Of a stretch of DNA of 64,000 nt, positions 42,082 through 53,761 are shown in pieces. The position numbers were made by a program, and so were the translations under genes. Source of the DNA: Fistulifera solaris (Eukaryota). The notes under the pieces were generated by a model that was not told the origin of the DNA, did not search any database, and saw only the letters and a list, made by a program, of their open reading frames with translations. The stretch's first letter is position 1. The number at the start of each line of letters is the position of its first letter. The stretch covers positions 620,001 to 684,000 of the forward strand of contig AP026136.1 in NCBI GenBank assembly GCA_030295235.1, read 5' to 3'.

Positions 42082-42468
42082 CTTGTATTAAGAAGCTAAG
42101 GGTAAAAGACGATGATTTTATATGAATTGATCACCGCAAAGAAGTCGAGGCTTTTGATTATATTGTGTGTGCTGCTTGATTGTCGATTTTGCTTTCATCA
42201 GAAAAGAACACGAAAGAAGTGGCAGCAAGAAATTCAAAATCCTTATGGACTTGGTGTACCAGGTACTACGTACATTTGTGTACCAGGAGATTTAGCCTTA
42301 ATCGGCTTCCAGTCGTGTGTCACATGCGGGTCTGCGCGATCTTTTTATTCCCCTGTAGTCCGCATAAGATTTTAGTAAAAGATGTCGGTGTGCACGAAGT
42401 TGCAGTTTGCTAGACTTTTAGTGCCATCGACTTCCAATGGGATCACTGTTGCTCATCGCGGAGGAAAA

Positions 42469-43296
42469 TCATGACTTGACTTGTTGTAAACCTAATTGTC
42501 TCATCCCGGCAATGGCGAGTACGGAACCCAAGAAGCCATTTCCTACGCGAATGAGAAAGATGAGCGAACCATAGAGGATCGGGACACAACGAAACAATCG
42601 ACACACGAGAGGTTCGATCAGTCCCTGCAAGACTTGGTAGCGAATATTGCTGACGACGGCCATGAAGGCACCCGTATACAGAGAAGCATAAAGAACATTC
42701 ACATTTTGCGTGCTGGCTTTAAACGAAGGCAATAGCAAAGCTCGTATCACAATCATGATTCGCACGATACCGTATCCGACACTGCTAGCAACAAAACCTG
42801 CTCGGAACAAAGGAACCACCGGAACCATGAACGCGGCGAGGCGTTGGTAGAATGTGGGTTTTGTGACGCCATCCAGCATGGTTGTTTGGAAAGCGTTCGT
42901 TGGAACTTTCATTTGAAACCATTGGGCATCGCCTTGGCTCTTCTTCCTGTCGTGAACAGGACCAGCTTGCGTCGGGGCTACCTTCCACATGCTATAGTAT
43001 TTCCCGAATACTGCCGTCAATACACCTGCCAGAACAAAATCAAATTGAAGTAAAATTTGATCACTGCCTCTTCGTTCAATTTCCGCAGTCAATTGAGTCG
43101 TCGCGGCCAAGACAAGCTCGGTAACGGATTTTTGCGGAAAGGCCGGATCGGCGGCAACACGTTGTTGGTATCCCTTTTGGATGTTTCCCACCAGTTTGCG
43201 AATAGGGCTTTCCGTAAGTTGCAATGCGTGACATCTACATGAGATAAGTGCTACTATAATATAGGAAAGGAGAGGAGAGACAAAGGTAGATCGCAT
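42469..43296 (-). CDS. RETICULATA-related (DUF3411) plastid envelope protein
   Basis: R..ADPAF..K, AE..RRG, FDFV, APT, P.NAFQ and FMAV.SN.RYQ...G motifs, with an N-terminal signal peptide. Confidence 0.85.
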   Translation of the reverse strand: MRSTFVSPLLSYIIVALISCRCHALQLTESPIRKLVGNIQKGYQQRVAADPAFPQKSVTELVLAATTQLTAEIERRGSDQILLQFDFVLAGVLTAVFGKYYSMWKVAPTQAGPVHDRKKSQGDAQWFQMKVPTNAFQTTMLDGVTKPTFYQRLAAFMVPVVPLFRAGFVASSVGYGIVRIMIVIRALLLPSFKASTQNVNVLYASLYTGAFMAVVSNIRYQVLQGLIEPLVCRLFRCVPILYGSLIFLIRVGNGFLGSVLAIAGMRQLGLQQVKS

Positions 43297-44265
43297 CTTA
43301 AGAAGAAATAAATGAATGAAGTAGCTTTTTCCATCATGTTTATGCGCCGGTCGCCAATCAACCCCGTTCTCCAAAAATACATTATAGATCCCAAGTGTAG
43401 CACGCGCATTCACGACTGAATTTCATCAGTCTTGAGTCGTCTGACTTCTTTTAGTTTCTGCTATCGCTTGAATCAGCAATGACGGATGGCAATACGTTTA
43501 TTCTTAGCAAAAGACATTGCAAGTGTCCTCAGATTCGTTTCGCATTTATTAAGGTCGCTATAGAGGCGAGCAACGGTAGGAGAGTGAAAAAGGCAGCTCT
43601 TTCAAAAAGCCAATGAAAGCCTGATATTTGTCCACGTCCATCAATCGTGTCATGGGTGAGTATTGGGCAATTTTTTTGAACTTGCACTAAGCTTCGTTGT
43701 TTGTTGCCCATCGAAAAGTCTGCTTGTAAACTTGTCACAATGGGCCGAATTTCACTACCAGGTTTAGTCTGAAAGTGTGAAAACGGGTGTGACTATGTAA
43801 TGATTAATTTTACTTAAAGACTGGGTACCGATGCGCATGAGTGAGAAACGAGCTAAGATGGTCATGAGTCAATTTAAATTCCTGTTTTTCGTTTTGAACA
43901 CGACTGGACTGTACGTCAGTCATGAGTCACGTGATGCTAGTTTAGGGTTTATGGTGCAACGGATACGGTACGTAAAGTTTTAGAAATGAACAGTTAACCC
44001 TAACGCAGGAGCGCTACACTACCGACAACTTCCGTGTTGAAAAAGTTGGAAGGGCCTGCTTGTCGCATGTTCGCACCATCGAACATCGAAACGCTCTTCC
44101 ATTCATCAATCTCCAATCTCCACGTCAGAAAATGCATACAAGTACAAGACCGTCATCTTCATCTCTGTTCCGATGAAAGTTTGTTATTCTTGATCGAGCT
44201 TTTTGTCTTCCGATTCTAAGAAGAGCCAGAAGCTGTTATCTTAATTACGTATTCGCACTAGGCAG

Positions 44266-45535
44266 ATGAAGTTCGTCGGATCGGTTGCATTATTGGCATT
44301 TGGCCATCGTTTGACGGCCTCTGGTTTCACAACATCGCCTCATTTATCTCCCTGTTCACAAATCCAGCGACAATTCGGTCACTCGATTACAAACCCAACA
44401 AGATTCGAGGCATCAGTCACCCAGCGTAGTCTCTCTACAAAACCATTGGAGTTTCCAGAAAATCCTTCACCGTTTTCAACCATCAAAAATGGGATACTGA
44501 CCTTGCATCATCGGCTGAGAAATGAAGAAGTTTTGCAATGGCGAGCGCTCGCCTTTTCGTTCTTTTCTTCGCTTTTCCTGTTCCGCCATGCCATCGATGT
44601 CAAACTGGCTTCCCTGTGGACCTTTTTGACGACCTCTTCATCATTGATACCCAGAATCTTTCGCACAGACTCGTACGAGTGGGTCTTAGCTGTCTCTGCA
44701 TTCTTTTCTACATTCACTTTTTCTGGTACGCCGATGTAAGCGTTCGGAAAGCATCCGAACAAGGAAAGGTTCATCCGTGGCGTAAATACCGTTTGCAAGA
44801 CCGATTTGAAGCGGATAAACATCGACGATCCGTTGAGCTTAAGCTTCGAAGGAACGGCGAAATACCTTCTCAAAATGAGCTCGTCAAAAATTACAGTGAG
44901 GTCACCAAGCAAACAGGGTGGAACTGGAAGGCTTGGACATGTGAAGTCTGGGTGTATGTAGTCCCTCTCTTAACATGGGATATATTGAGCCCTCGTCGTC
45001 ACCGTCGCCTTGCGGCATTCGGTGCGCCCACCACAATTCAAGTCCTTCGTGACATTACTTGTGGTCTGCTTCTGTACGACATCCTCTTTTCACTGGTCAT
45101 ATTCTCATGCACAAGATTCCCCTTATCTACCGCACCATCCATGCTAAGCACCACCAGGAACCAGAAGTTCGCGCCGGTGATGTTGTGCGACTCTCCATGG
45201 TGGAAGAAGTACTGGAAGTTGGTTTCTCGATCATTGCTCTCAATTTACTCGGCGCCCACCCGATTTCGAGGAGTATTTACAACCTCATCATCACATTTTT
45301 ACTCACCGAGCTTCACTGTGGTTTCGATTTTCCGTGGACACCGCAGAATGTAGTGCCTTTCGGTCTCGCGACCGGAAGTCGCCGTCATCATTTCCACCAC
45401 CGCAATGGGAAGCATTATTACCAAAAGTTCTTTTTCCATGTAGACAGGTTGTTTGGATTCTTCCAAAAAGACGATGGCAGTCTTCATGGCGATTCAGTGA
45501 AGCCAAATCCTCATATCCCACCAGCATGGCAGTAG
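44266..45535 (+). CDS. Fatty-acid hydroxylase/sterol desaturase superfamily protein
   Basis: His boxes HILMH, HAKHH, ELHCG and HHFHH. N-terminal ..TASG-F presequence. Indels near 44705 and 45088. Confidence 0.85.
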
Positions 45536-45639
45536 ACATAAATGAAGCGAAACGGAAAGTTCGGGATAGCGTGTATTACTAAAAAGAAACAGTTAAGGCT
45601 ATTTTTCACCATATTTTGAATGTTTTATTGATGATGTAA

Positions 45640-46770
45640 TCAGCTTTCATGTGATGATCCGTGTGACGAAACGGAAGATTGTTCAGAGGATTGTTCAGGA
45701 AGGGTATCGGAGCTCGCATCACTCTCTACTGGTGTAGCGTTACTCTCAGCTCGTGTAATTGTCTTTGGCTTCTTACTGTACGTTTTTCTGTAAAAGTGCA
45801 TGAACAGCACAAATAGGCTGACCATTTCGAAGACTTGCACGTATATAGCAGTATAATTCTTCCATGTGGCTCCTTCAGGCATCCATAGACAAGAGAATCC
45901 AGAGTAGACAACAACAGAAACAAACTGGATGAGTTGAGCCATCGTTAAATAACGCTTCCACGGGCAGGGGATCTTGAGCAAACTCATCGTGTAGTACGAA
46001 TACATCATAACATGAATCCACGAGTTGATCAGAGCCCCAAAGTAAATGTCACCACCCGAATGTAATTCTAGACCGAGCCACCAAGCCCAAGCAATAGAAA
46101 AATGGTGATAGACATGAAGGAAGGAAACCTATGGGTACATTCGATGATGGACGGCGAAAAGTGAGAGTGACCGCCAATATCAAGCCTCGCATTTCATCGA
46201 TCGCATCAAATGCCTTACCTGATCCATCCTGCCTCTGAGTACCATAAAGTAGGTGTCGAAAAACTCTAGGTATTTGTCACAATAATGTACCCATACAGCG
46301 TATGTTGCTCCTGTATCTACTAGATCAAAAGGCCCGCTTATGAACGGATGGCCTCGCATCGCAAGGGCATGTAGAATTCGACATACCATCCAAAAATTTA
46401 GAACCACTTGGGCTGCATTGTATAAAACCATAGATTCGCGAAGGAGTACCTTCACGTTAATTTTGTTTTCCAAATAGCGAGTCGAGAACATCCTCAACAA
46501 GGGGAGACTGCAAAGGTAAAATGTCGTGAGTCCCAAAGTCAAGGACCAGTGGTGAAGTTTCGCTTGAGCTCCGGGTATTTGTGACTCGTCTACAAATGTC
46601 AGTTTCCCCCAGACGGCGAAGATACCCATTAGTATAGAAATACATGTATAACGCGCTGCGAGCGAAGGGGGCGATAGCACCGTTTCTACGGGCGGAGCAG
46701 AATCTGCCTTCAATTTCATCAAAACCGTCTCTTTAGCCGATGAAGAAGCGCAAAGTTCGGAACTCGCCAT
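45640..46770 (-). CDS. ELO-family fatty acid elongase (PUFA elongase-like)
   Basis: KYLEFFDT, Q|VSFLHVYHH, NSWIHVMMYSYY and TMAQLIQF motifs. Intron 46129-46218. Confidence 0.93.
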
Positions 46771-47321
46771 TGTATTAGAAATGCTCGAATTGAAATTATC
46801 CTCTATGAATTTTTTTTAGCAAGGCGATGTTGAGATGAACACGAACCACCATCTCCAACATCGGCTTTTTTCTTGGGAGAAAAATCGTGAATGGCTCAAT
46901 TGTTGGTCTGTCACTTGTTTTGCTGACGTGAAGAGAAAAAAGGTGAAGGATCGGCAAATCTGTTGAAAAAGCTGTACTATCAACGATTCCCCAGTCTACA
47001 CAAATGATAATACTATTACGACAGAATCAGGAACTTCTTCGAATTTGACCCCTTTTCGTCATGACGAAGCGTGAAAGTAAACGTGGTCTATGACGCACTA
47101 GAGTCCTACGTGTATTTCCCGTAGGAAAAGCTACTGTAGGCCACTATACACGTTTCAGTAGCAGTTTGTCACGCTAAGACACAGTATCAACCGTGGAGCA
47201 AATCAGAAAAGACTATTGTGGAAATAATAGGGATCAACACAACAACTTTTCGTCACCATGACTAATGAATAATTTAAAAAAGATTTATCGCCACACATTA
47301 CTAATCTTAAACGAAAACTAT

Positions 47322-48739
47322 TTACTTGGGCTTGACGATGTTGTCGATGATGGAGTAGAGGAACACACCTGCAGGATGGAAAGACGCAAGTGCGTGATTA
47401 GAGACATGTGATGAAACAACAGGAAAACAAGAAAATAATGACAGGTACTCACCTCCAATACCAATAGAGCAGCCAGTCAACTTGATGGGGGAGAGAGATT
47501 CACCCAAAACCAAGGCGACACCAACAATGACAATGACACGCTTGGCCGTGTTAGCGACAGACTGGGTGACAGCTCCCGTCTTCTTAAGTGTCATGGTGGC
47601 CAACTCGTTGTATCCGTAAAAGTAAAGAGCCGAAGCCACCAAGTTTTGCCAAACAGCCGGAGTAGTTTTGGCGATCTGTACGAATTCGCCGAAACGGTTT
47701 CCTTCCTTGATAATAATAAGAGGAATGCTCAACAAGAAACCCAAGATACTGGTGAGGGCGAACTGGTTACCGATGGATCCAATACGGTCCTTGAGCCCGG
47801 GAGTCTCCATTAGCTTCTTGTTTTCGTTACCACGCACCGCAGCGAACATGTTGGCAATGCAGGCCGAGATGAGGGCAGACCAGGCAAAGTCGAGTTCCTT
47901 GACGGAAGCCAAGATGACACCACCGATGACGATGGGCAAGCAGAGCCACTTGGCCTTGGAGACTTTCTTACCGTAAACGAACTGAGAAAGCACAGCTGCG
48001 AACGCGGGTTCAGCGGCCTTGACAATCTGAGCGAAGGAGACGGCTCCCATTCCCATGGCGAACACCGAAGCAGCATGGGCACCCATGAAGCAAAGAGACA
48101 CCGGAAGCATCTTTTTGATATCGTCGAGGGTGACGGTAGGTGCCTTACGAGCATCGGGTGCCAGCCAAAGGAAGATACCGTAGAGGCATCCAATACCCAA
48201 CTGAAGACTGGAGATGGTCATGGGGAAACCGGTCTTGCCACCAGCAGCGTTCAAGGCAAGCTTGTTGGTGATATTGTACCAGTAGTTACCCAGGTACCAG
48301 AGACCAAAATAGACCAAAAGACCAATGTCGATGGATCCAGCGATTCCGCCTCCGCGGGGCGCTTTTTCAGCCGACGAAGAAGCGGTTTCTTTTAGTTGCT
48401 GTCCAAACGAGACGAATGTCAGAAACAAAGAATATATATAAAGGATTATCCATCGACATCAAACTTGTGCCTAGCATGATATACATGCCGATAAAGATCC
48501 ATATTCGCAAAATGAAAATCGAAAACTAACAAAAAAAATCTGCCGCCGATCATCTTGACGTCTGCGCTACTCACCGTAAGAGGTCGACCTTGCACGTCAA
48601 CAGCCTGTACCATCGGCGACTCCGATCGGCTGCGGGCAAAGCCCATTTTCTTGGTCGCACTCGAAGTGCTAACGCCATGAAGCCCAAAGGCTGATGCACA
48701 GAGAAGGTGAGCAAGGAATAGAGTAGAAAGAATCTTCAT
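47322..48739 (-). CDS. TPT: Plastidic triose-phosphate/phosphate translocator
   Basis: ASAF presequence, WYLGNYWYNITNK, AVSFAQIVKAAEP and VANTAKRV motifs. Introns 48399-48574 and about 47369-47452. Confidence 0.93.
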
Positions 48740-49343
48740 TTTGGTCGATGACTGCGGTGATAATCGAGAGATGTCAACTGATTTGCAATCGCTGTTTTTT
48801 TGAAGCAGCCGATCGGTATTTTCGAGACACGATATCTTGCGAAGATCGCATCGTTTTGACTTACAGGCAAAGATAGTGTAGCTAGATTTCAGACCCTTTC
48901 CTTGCCATTCATTGCTGTCATCGGAAGATCGAGCGTGAGAACTTGATTGGACACCACAAACAATCGAAAAACAGTAGACATTTCTTACTATCGGTTAAAG
49001 AGATCATTCTTACGTGGTGTCTACGTGGCCGACGTCAGACCAAGTACGTCACATTTGGACCTCGAGCCGAGGACGGCGCGCGAGAGTACGGCTGGCGTGC
49101 GCTTCGTATTTTGCAACTGTCACTGGGTTTTTAGATGTCGCAGATCTCGCGCACTCGAAAGATACGATTTTGGAATTCTGTGAAAGGTGGAGTCGAGCAA
49201 TCACACGACACGCAATTGCGAAGCAGATACATTCTTTCGAATAGAATAAAAAGCTCTCCTCTCTCCTTGTGAACAACGAATACCCGCTCTCTGTTGCGAT
49301 TAAACTCAACGCCTTTACAAATCTTAATTCTACAAAAGGCACA

Positions 49344-49736
49344 ATGTCGCTCTCAACGGTGAATTACTACTTTGCAGAAACGACGGTGAGCATCCCTCTT
49401 GTCCACGAATCGCTCCGTGTTATCGTGTATTTCGACTCACACGCTCACGACATACAAAAGGGACTTCGTGTTCCATTTATGATCGTGGCGGTACTTTTGT
49501 TTTACGTCTTGTATCGATGGGATACAAAGATCACGGACCAGAATAATGATGCAATGGCTGTGCTGGAAAACATCGAACACGATGCCCGAAAACAAGAATA
49601 TCGCGCCAAGAATATGGCGAGTCGACAAGAAGTGAATGCCAGTAAGCGGAAGCAACTCAATAATATGAGCAAGCAGACGGCACATATTGCAAAAAACATT
49701 ATTCATCAACCCGATAAAAGTAAGAAGAGTCGTTAA
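49344..49736 (+). CDS. Small hypothetical single-TM protein with basic C-terminus
   Basis: ORF with one hydrophobic segment (PFMIVAVLLFYVLY) followed by a charged helix. No recognised domain. Confidence 0.45.
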   Translation: MSLSTVNYYFAETTVSIPLVHESLRVIVYFDSHAHDIQKGLRVPFMIVAVLLFYVLYRWDTKITDQNNDAMAVLENIEHDARKQEYRAKNMASRQEVNASKRKQLNNMSKQTAHIAKNIIHQPDKSKKSR

Positions 49737-49822
49737 TCACAACGATACTAATCTCTGACATGTTAATGTGAGTCTACCTCTATCCGTAAACAACTACAAA
49801 TTGCCAGCTCTACAAGCTTTTT

Positions 49823-52263
49823 TTATAACTTTAGCTCAGCCTTGTCTCCTTCCTTGGCGGATATACCCAGCTCGAACGCGACTTTGCATTTTCCGGCCTT
49901 TCCAAAACCACCGACAATACTTCCCTCCTCTTGTGTGCTCGGTATAAACACTTTTGTGCCAACTTTTTCTTTTATATTGATCTCGGGAGCGAAGAACCCC
50001 GAAACGATCGCCATGGAATACTTGCCATTCGCCAATACGTCGCCTTTGATGGATGCTAGTTCCCCTATTAGATTTACACCTTTCTCTCGAGGTTTCTTCT
50101 TGTTAGCTTCCTTCTTCGGATTTTCCACCTCGAGTCGTGCCCCAGGACGGGAAGGTGGTAATGCCGTGGATTGCTGCATGGATTTAGTAGGGTCGTGCAT
50201 GAATCGCTTAAAGCGGAGGTAAAGTGGCTCGCCCTCTTGCACTTCTGTTCCACCCGGAAAATACAATCGGAATTTGCCCGACGTTCCGTACGATGATTTG
50301 ATCTCCCCAATGTCCCCCTGTTCGGTCTCCATTTTCATGCCGATAAATAGTTTCATGTTTGTTTCTTTCTTGAACAAATCGGCGCCAAATATTTCATAGC
50401 ACACGACTTTCTGGTCATCAAAGCGCTTGTGTGGGTCTCCTAATTTCGAGACCACACCAACTTTTTGTTTCTCGGTGTAAAGACGAATTTGTGTCATGGC
50501 CGTACTTGGTTCGACTCGTTCGATCAATCGACCCGAAAAGGCTAATCGACAGGACGAAGCAGTGCCGCCATCTGAGTCAACGGCAACATCTAGCCTTGAC
50601 CCAATGACAAGACTATGTGCTGGACAGTAAACAGGCGTTTGAAAGTCTAGTAAGGCCCAGTGCAAAAGAGTTTCTTGCGGGTCACCCGGTGCAATATCCA
50701 GAGTCTCCAGCAAAGAGTCTTGAAAGACAAAGTCTTGTTGAAAATCGAAAGGTATTTTCGGCAATCCCGCAAGGTCCGCATCACCTCCCAGCCACGACGA
50801 CATGAGCTTGTTGCTAGAGGCGTCGTTCTTAGCTTCGGCTGCTTGATGTGCCAACTCCCTCGCTCCCCAAAATGTAAGTGTTGCCATTACAGTGGTGTGG
50901 CCAACAGAAACATGAAACTTAGAGTTGCACATGAGTTTGCCGGATGTGTAATACGGAACTTTTCGCACAAGCGCGATCGCCCCTTTCCACAACGGCACAG
51001 CTCCAGGGGCTGCAACAATGCCGCGTTCTAAGAGTTTCGCATCTAAGTTACTGACACATATTCCCGCCCGATCTCCTTGTTGAATGTGTTGTACTTGTCG
51101 TTTAAACATTTGAATTGATTTAATTTTTCGATCCATGCCGAGTGATGGAAACTCGATGCCGTCGTTGACGGCAGCAAAGCCCGATAAAACCGTCCCTGTC
51201 AACACTGTACCGCGTCCGCGAATAGGAAAGCAGTGATCGACGGAAAAATAAAAAGGCTGCTCTTTGGCTTCATTCGTCACACTTCGTCGTGGCGGTGGAA
51301 GTTTTGCTTTCAACAAATCAACCAACAAATCCATCTGATATGTCTCGTGAACGGCCGATGTTTTGGTTTCTTCCGCATTTGCCGCGGCTTTTTCTCCTCC
51401 TACACAGGCAGCCACACCGATCATGGGGGCATCCGCAAACCGCGTGCCTTTCAGTCTTTTCCTTACTTTTGATTTTGCCGCTTCCAGTTGTTTTTCACGT
51501 TCGTTCGGCTCAAACATATCTGCCTTATTCAAAGCGACTAATAAGTGCGGACTGGTCAACTGAGCAAGTACCAAACATTCTGTAGTCTGCGCCTGCCATC
51601 CTTTAACCTGCATTCATGCACGACAAGTCAGAAGTCATCACGAGTTAATACAAAGTACAGTCTTATTTCTTTCGCATACATCAAAGACCAGCAATAGAGC
51701 GTGTGACTTACTGCATCAACAATCAACAATACCATATCAATAATTTGAGCACCACCAATGATGGTGCGAATCAAACTAGCGTGACCTGGACAATCGACAA
51801 GAGTTATCTGTAACTTCTTCTTGTCGGGGAAATGTTTTTGTAAGTGTTCCGGTAAATCGAGAAAGAAGCAACTAAAACCGAGGTCCAGAGTCATTCCTCG
51901 TTCTCTTGACTCTTTACTTTTGTCGAGAGCAGCTGTCGACAAAAGTGTTGACAACGCTTTAACCAGGGATGTCTTTCCTATGATTAGTAGTCACAATTGC
52001 TAAGAATGTGAGCAAAGAGGCGCCTTGCATCCCATTACGGTAAGATAGTGCCACGTTCTTACCGCTATCAACATGACCTACGATTCGATAGGTGAAAGGA
52101 AAAAACAAATTCAGTAAGCATGTGAGAAAAGCTTAGCAGTGTTTTAAAAATCCACTCAACAAAGGGGTCGTCGACGGACGCTTATCTTACCTAGAACTCC
52201 AACGTTGACATTGAGGATTTCTTGCGGGTCGAACTGTTGCTCCGCTGTCTTTACTTCTGGCAT
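49823..52263 (-). CDS. EEFSEC: Selenocysteine-specific translation elongation factor (EFSec/eukaryotic SelB)
   Basis: Spliced N-terminus LNVNVGVLG|HVDSG|KTSLVKALS (exons 52191-52263, 52063-52077, about 51711-51977), ERGMTLDLGFS, LVDCPGHASLIRTIIGGAQIID, QTTECL, DHCFPIRG.GTV.TGT and CRLAF.G. Confidence 0.95.
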
Positions 52264-52575
52264 TTTGCTTGGTAGATCGAACTCAGTCGAATGTATGCAA
52301 TACTTTCGGAAGGCTTAGACAGCAGCGCTCAGGATGTTAACAATAAATACTCTGGTGGCAAAAAAATAAAACAACAAAAAACTCTCCCAACAATTTGTGG
52401 CGTGACTATAAGCGATACGTGACTTCAGGTGGATGATGCACCAAAACTGCAGCGGGTACCGGTACGCGACACATGGACTATATGATTAATATGTAGGCAA
52501 AATGCATCCGAATACAGCAAGAACAACTCGCAGCGCCCAATACTGGTAATGAAAATATTCCACAAATCGTTGACC

Positions 52576-53691
52576 ATGGCGGCGTATCTACCTCTTCGAA
52601 TACTTTGTTTGCATGACTCCCATTCCAATGCCGAGCAGCTAAAAACGGAACTAGATACGTTAGGAAAACGCTTGTTTGAGAAGCATGGAGGCATTGATCT
52701 TGTATACGTCAATAGCCCGATTGCCCTGCAATTAGAAACGGAACGGGTATGGTGGGAAGCGGTGAAGCAGCGACCAGCTCTTTCGCCACAGCAAAAACAA
52801 CATCAGGCGGATCTTATCTTTGACAGTGATAACGATGATGAAGAAGAGAATGATGAGAATGGTTCCATGGAATCATCTCAAGATCAGGAACTATCACTTC
52901 AGGCAGCATCCGAAAAAGAAGGCACATCCGCAATGAGTGAGCTTGCTGCCCCATATTACCGAGGCTTGGATGCTTCGTTGCAACTATTACGTCAGGTGTG
53001 GATGTCTCAACCATTTTGGGGAATACTCGGCGTAGGACAGGGTGCAGCAGTGTCTGCCTTATTGACGTTGATTTTGCAAACATCCGAAAACCCAGTTCCG
53101 CCGCCGTCCTTTGCTATTTTCGTCCGAGGTCAAACATTACTGCCCGAGCAGGAATGCCTGATCGATCATATGCCATGTTTGCACATTCTAGATACACACG
53201 ATGCTTTGCACCGCGAAGGAACACTGTTGTCACACCAGTTTCCGGGGACGTGTGCTTCAGTGCTGTCACCAGATCAAAGAATGGGAAAGGACGCGTTCAA
53301 TGTCATGGGAAGGTTCATTCTAAGTCAAAAGAAAAAAGCCATGGGCAGTGGTCGAGACCTTGTATTACTGCAAAACGCGCTTTATTTTACAGAACAGCAA
53401 GCGGCAGACAAAATTGCGCTGGAAATCGCCAAGAACCCGCCGGCTCCTCTCATGGCCATTATCCGCCCACAGCATGTCGCTGGTTGGCAGGGAAACAAGC
53501 GTCGACAACCGGGGGAAGAAGGAGGAGGCGCACCGTGTCCGTCGGAGTTTTTATTGAAGCGAGACAAACGCCACAATCGACACAAGACAGGTGGTGGAGG
53601 CGTGAGCCGTGTACATCCGAACCAGCAAGCTGAAAGGGATGCTAGCTCATATTCAGTAGAAACTAGCACAGAAAGCTACAATGTAAAATGA
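52576..53691 (+). CDS. FSH1/OVCA2-like serine hydrolase fold protein, atypical active site
   Basis: LRILCLH, VYVNSP, RVWW and GLDASL motifs, with GILGVGQGA at the nucleophile elbow. Confidence 0.75.
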   Translation: MAAYLPLRILCLHDSHSNAEQLKTELDTLGKRLFEKHGGIDLVYVNSPIALQLETERVWWEAVKQRPALSPQQKQHQADLIFDSDNDDEEENDENGSMESSQDQELSLQAASEKEGTSAMSELAAPYYRGLDASLQLLRQVWMSQPFWGILGVGQGAAVSALLTLILQTSENPVPPPSFAIFVRGQTLLPEQECLIDHMPCLHILDTHDALHREGTLLSHQFPGTCASVLSPDQRMGKDAFNVMGRFILSQKKKAMGSGRDLVLLQNALYFTEQQAADKIALEIAKNPPAPLMAIIRPQHVAGWQGNKRRQPGEEGGGAPCPSEFLLKRDKRHNRHKTGGGGVSRVHPNQQAERDASSYSVETSTESYNVK

Positions 53692-53761
53692 TATGCATTA
53701 GAGATTACCATCGATAATATGAAGAACGTTGGGCCGTTCGCGTAAGACCCGCGGACGGAAT

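Noticed and set aside
43938..44004. TTTAGGGTTT / AACCCTAA telomere-like or telo-box motifs
   Set aside because: Single short copies that are compatible with chance. There is no array.
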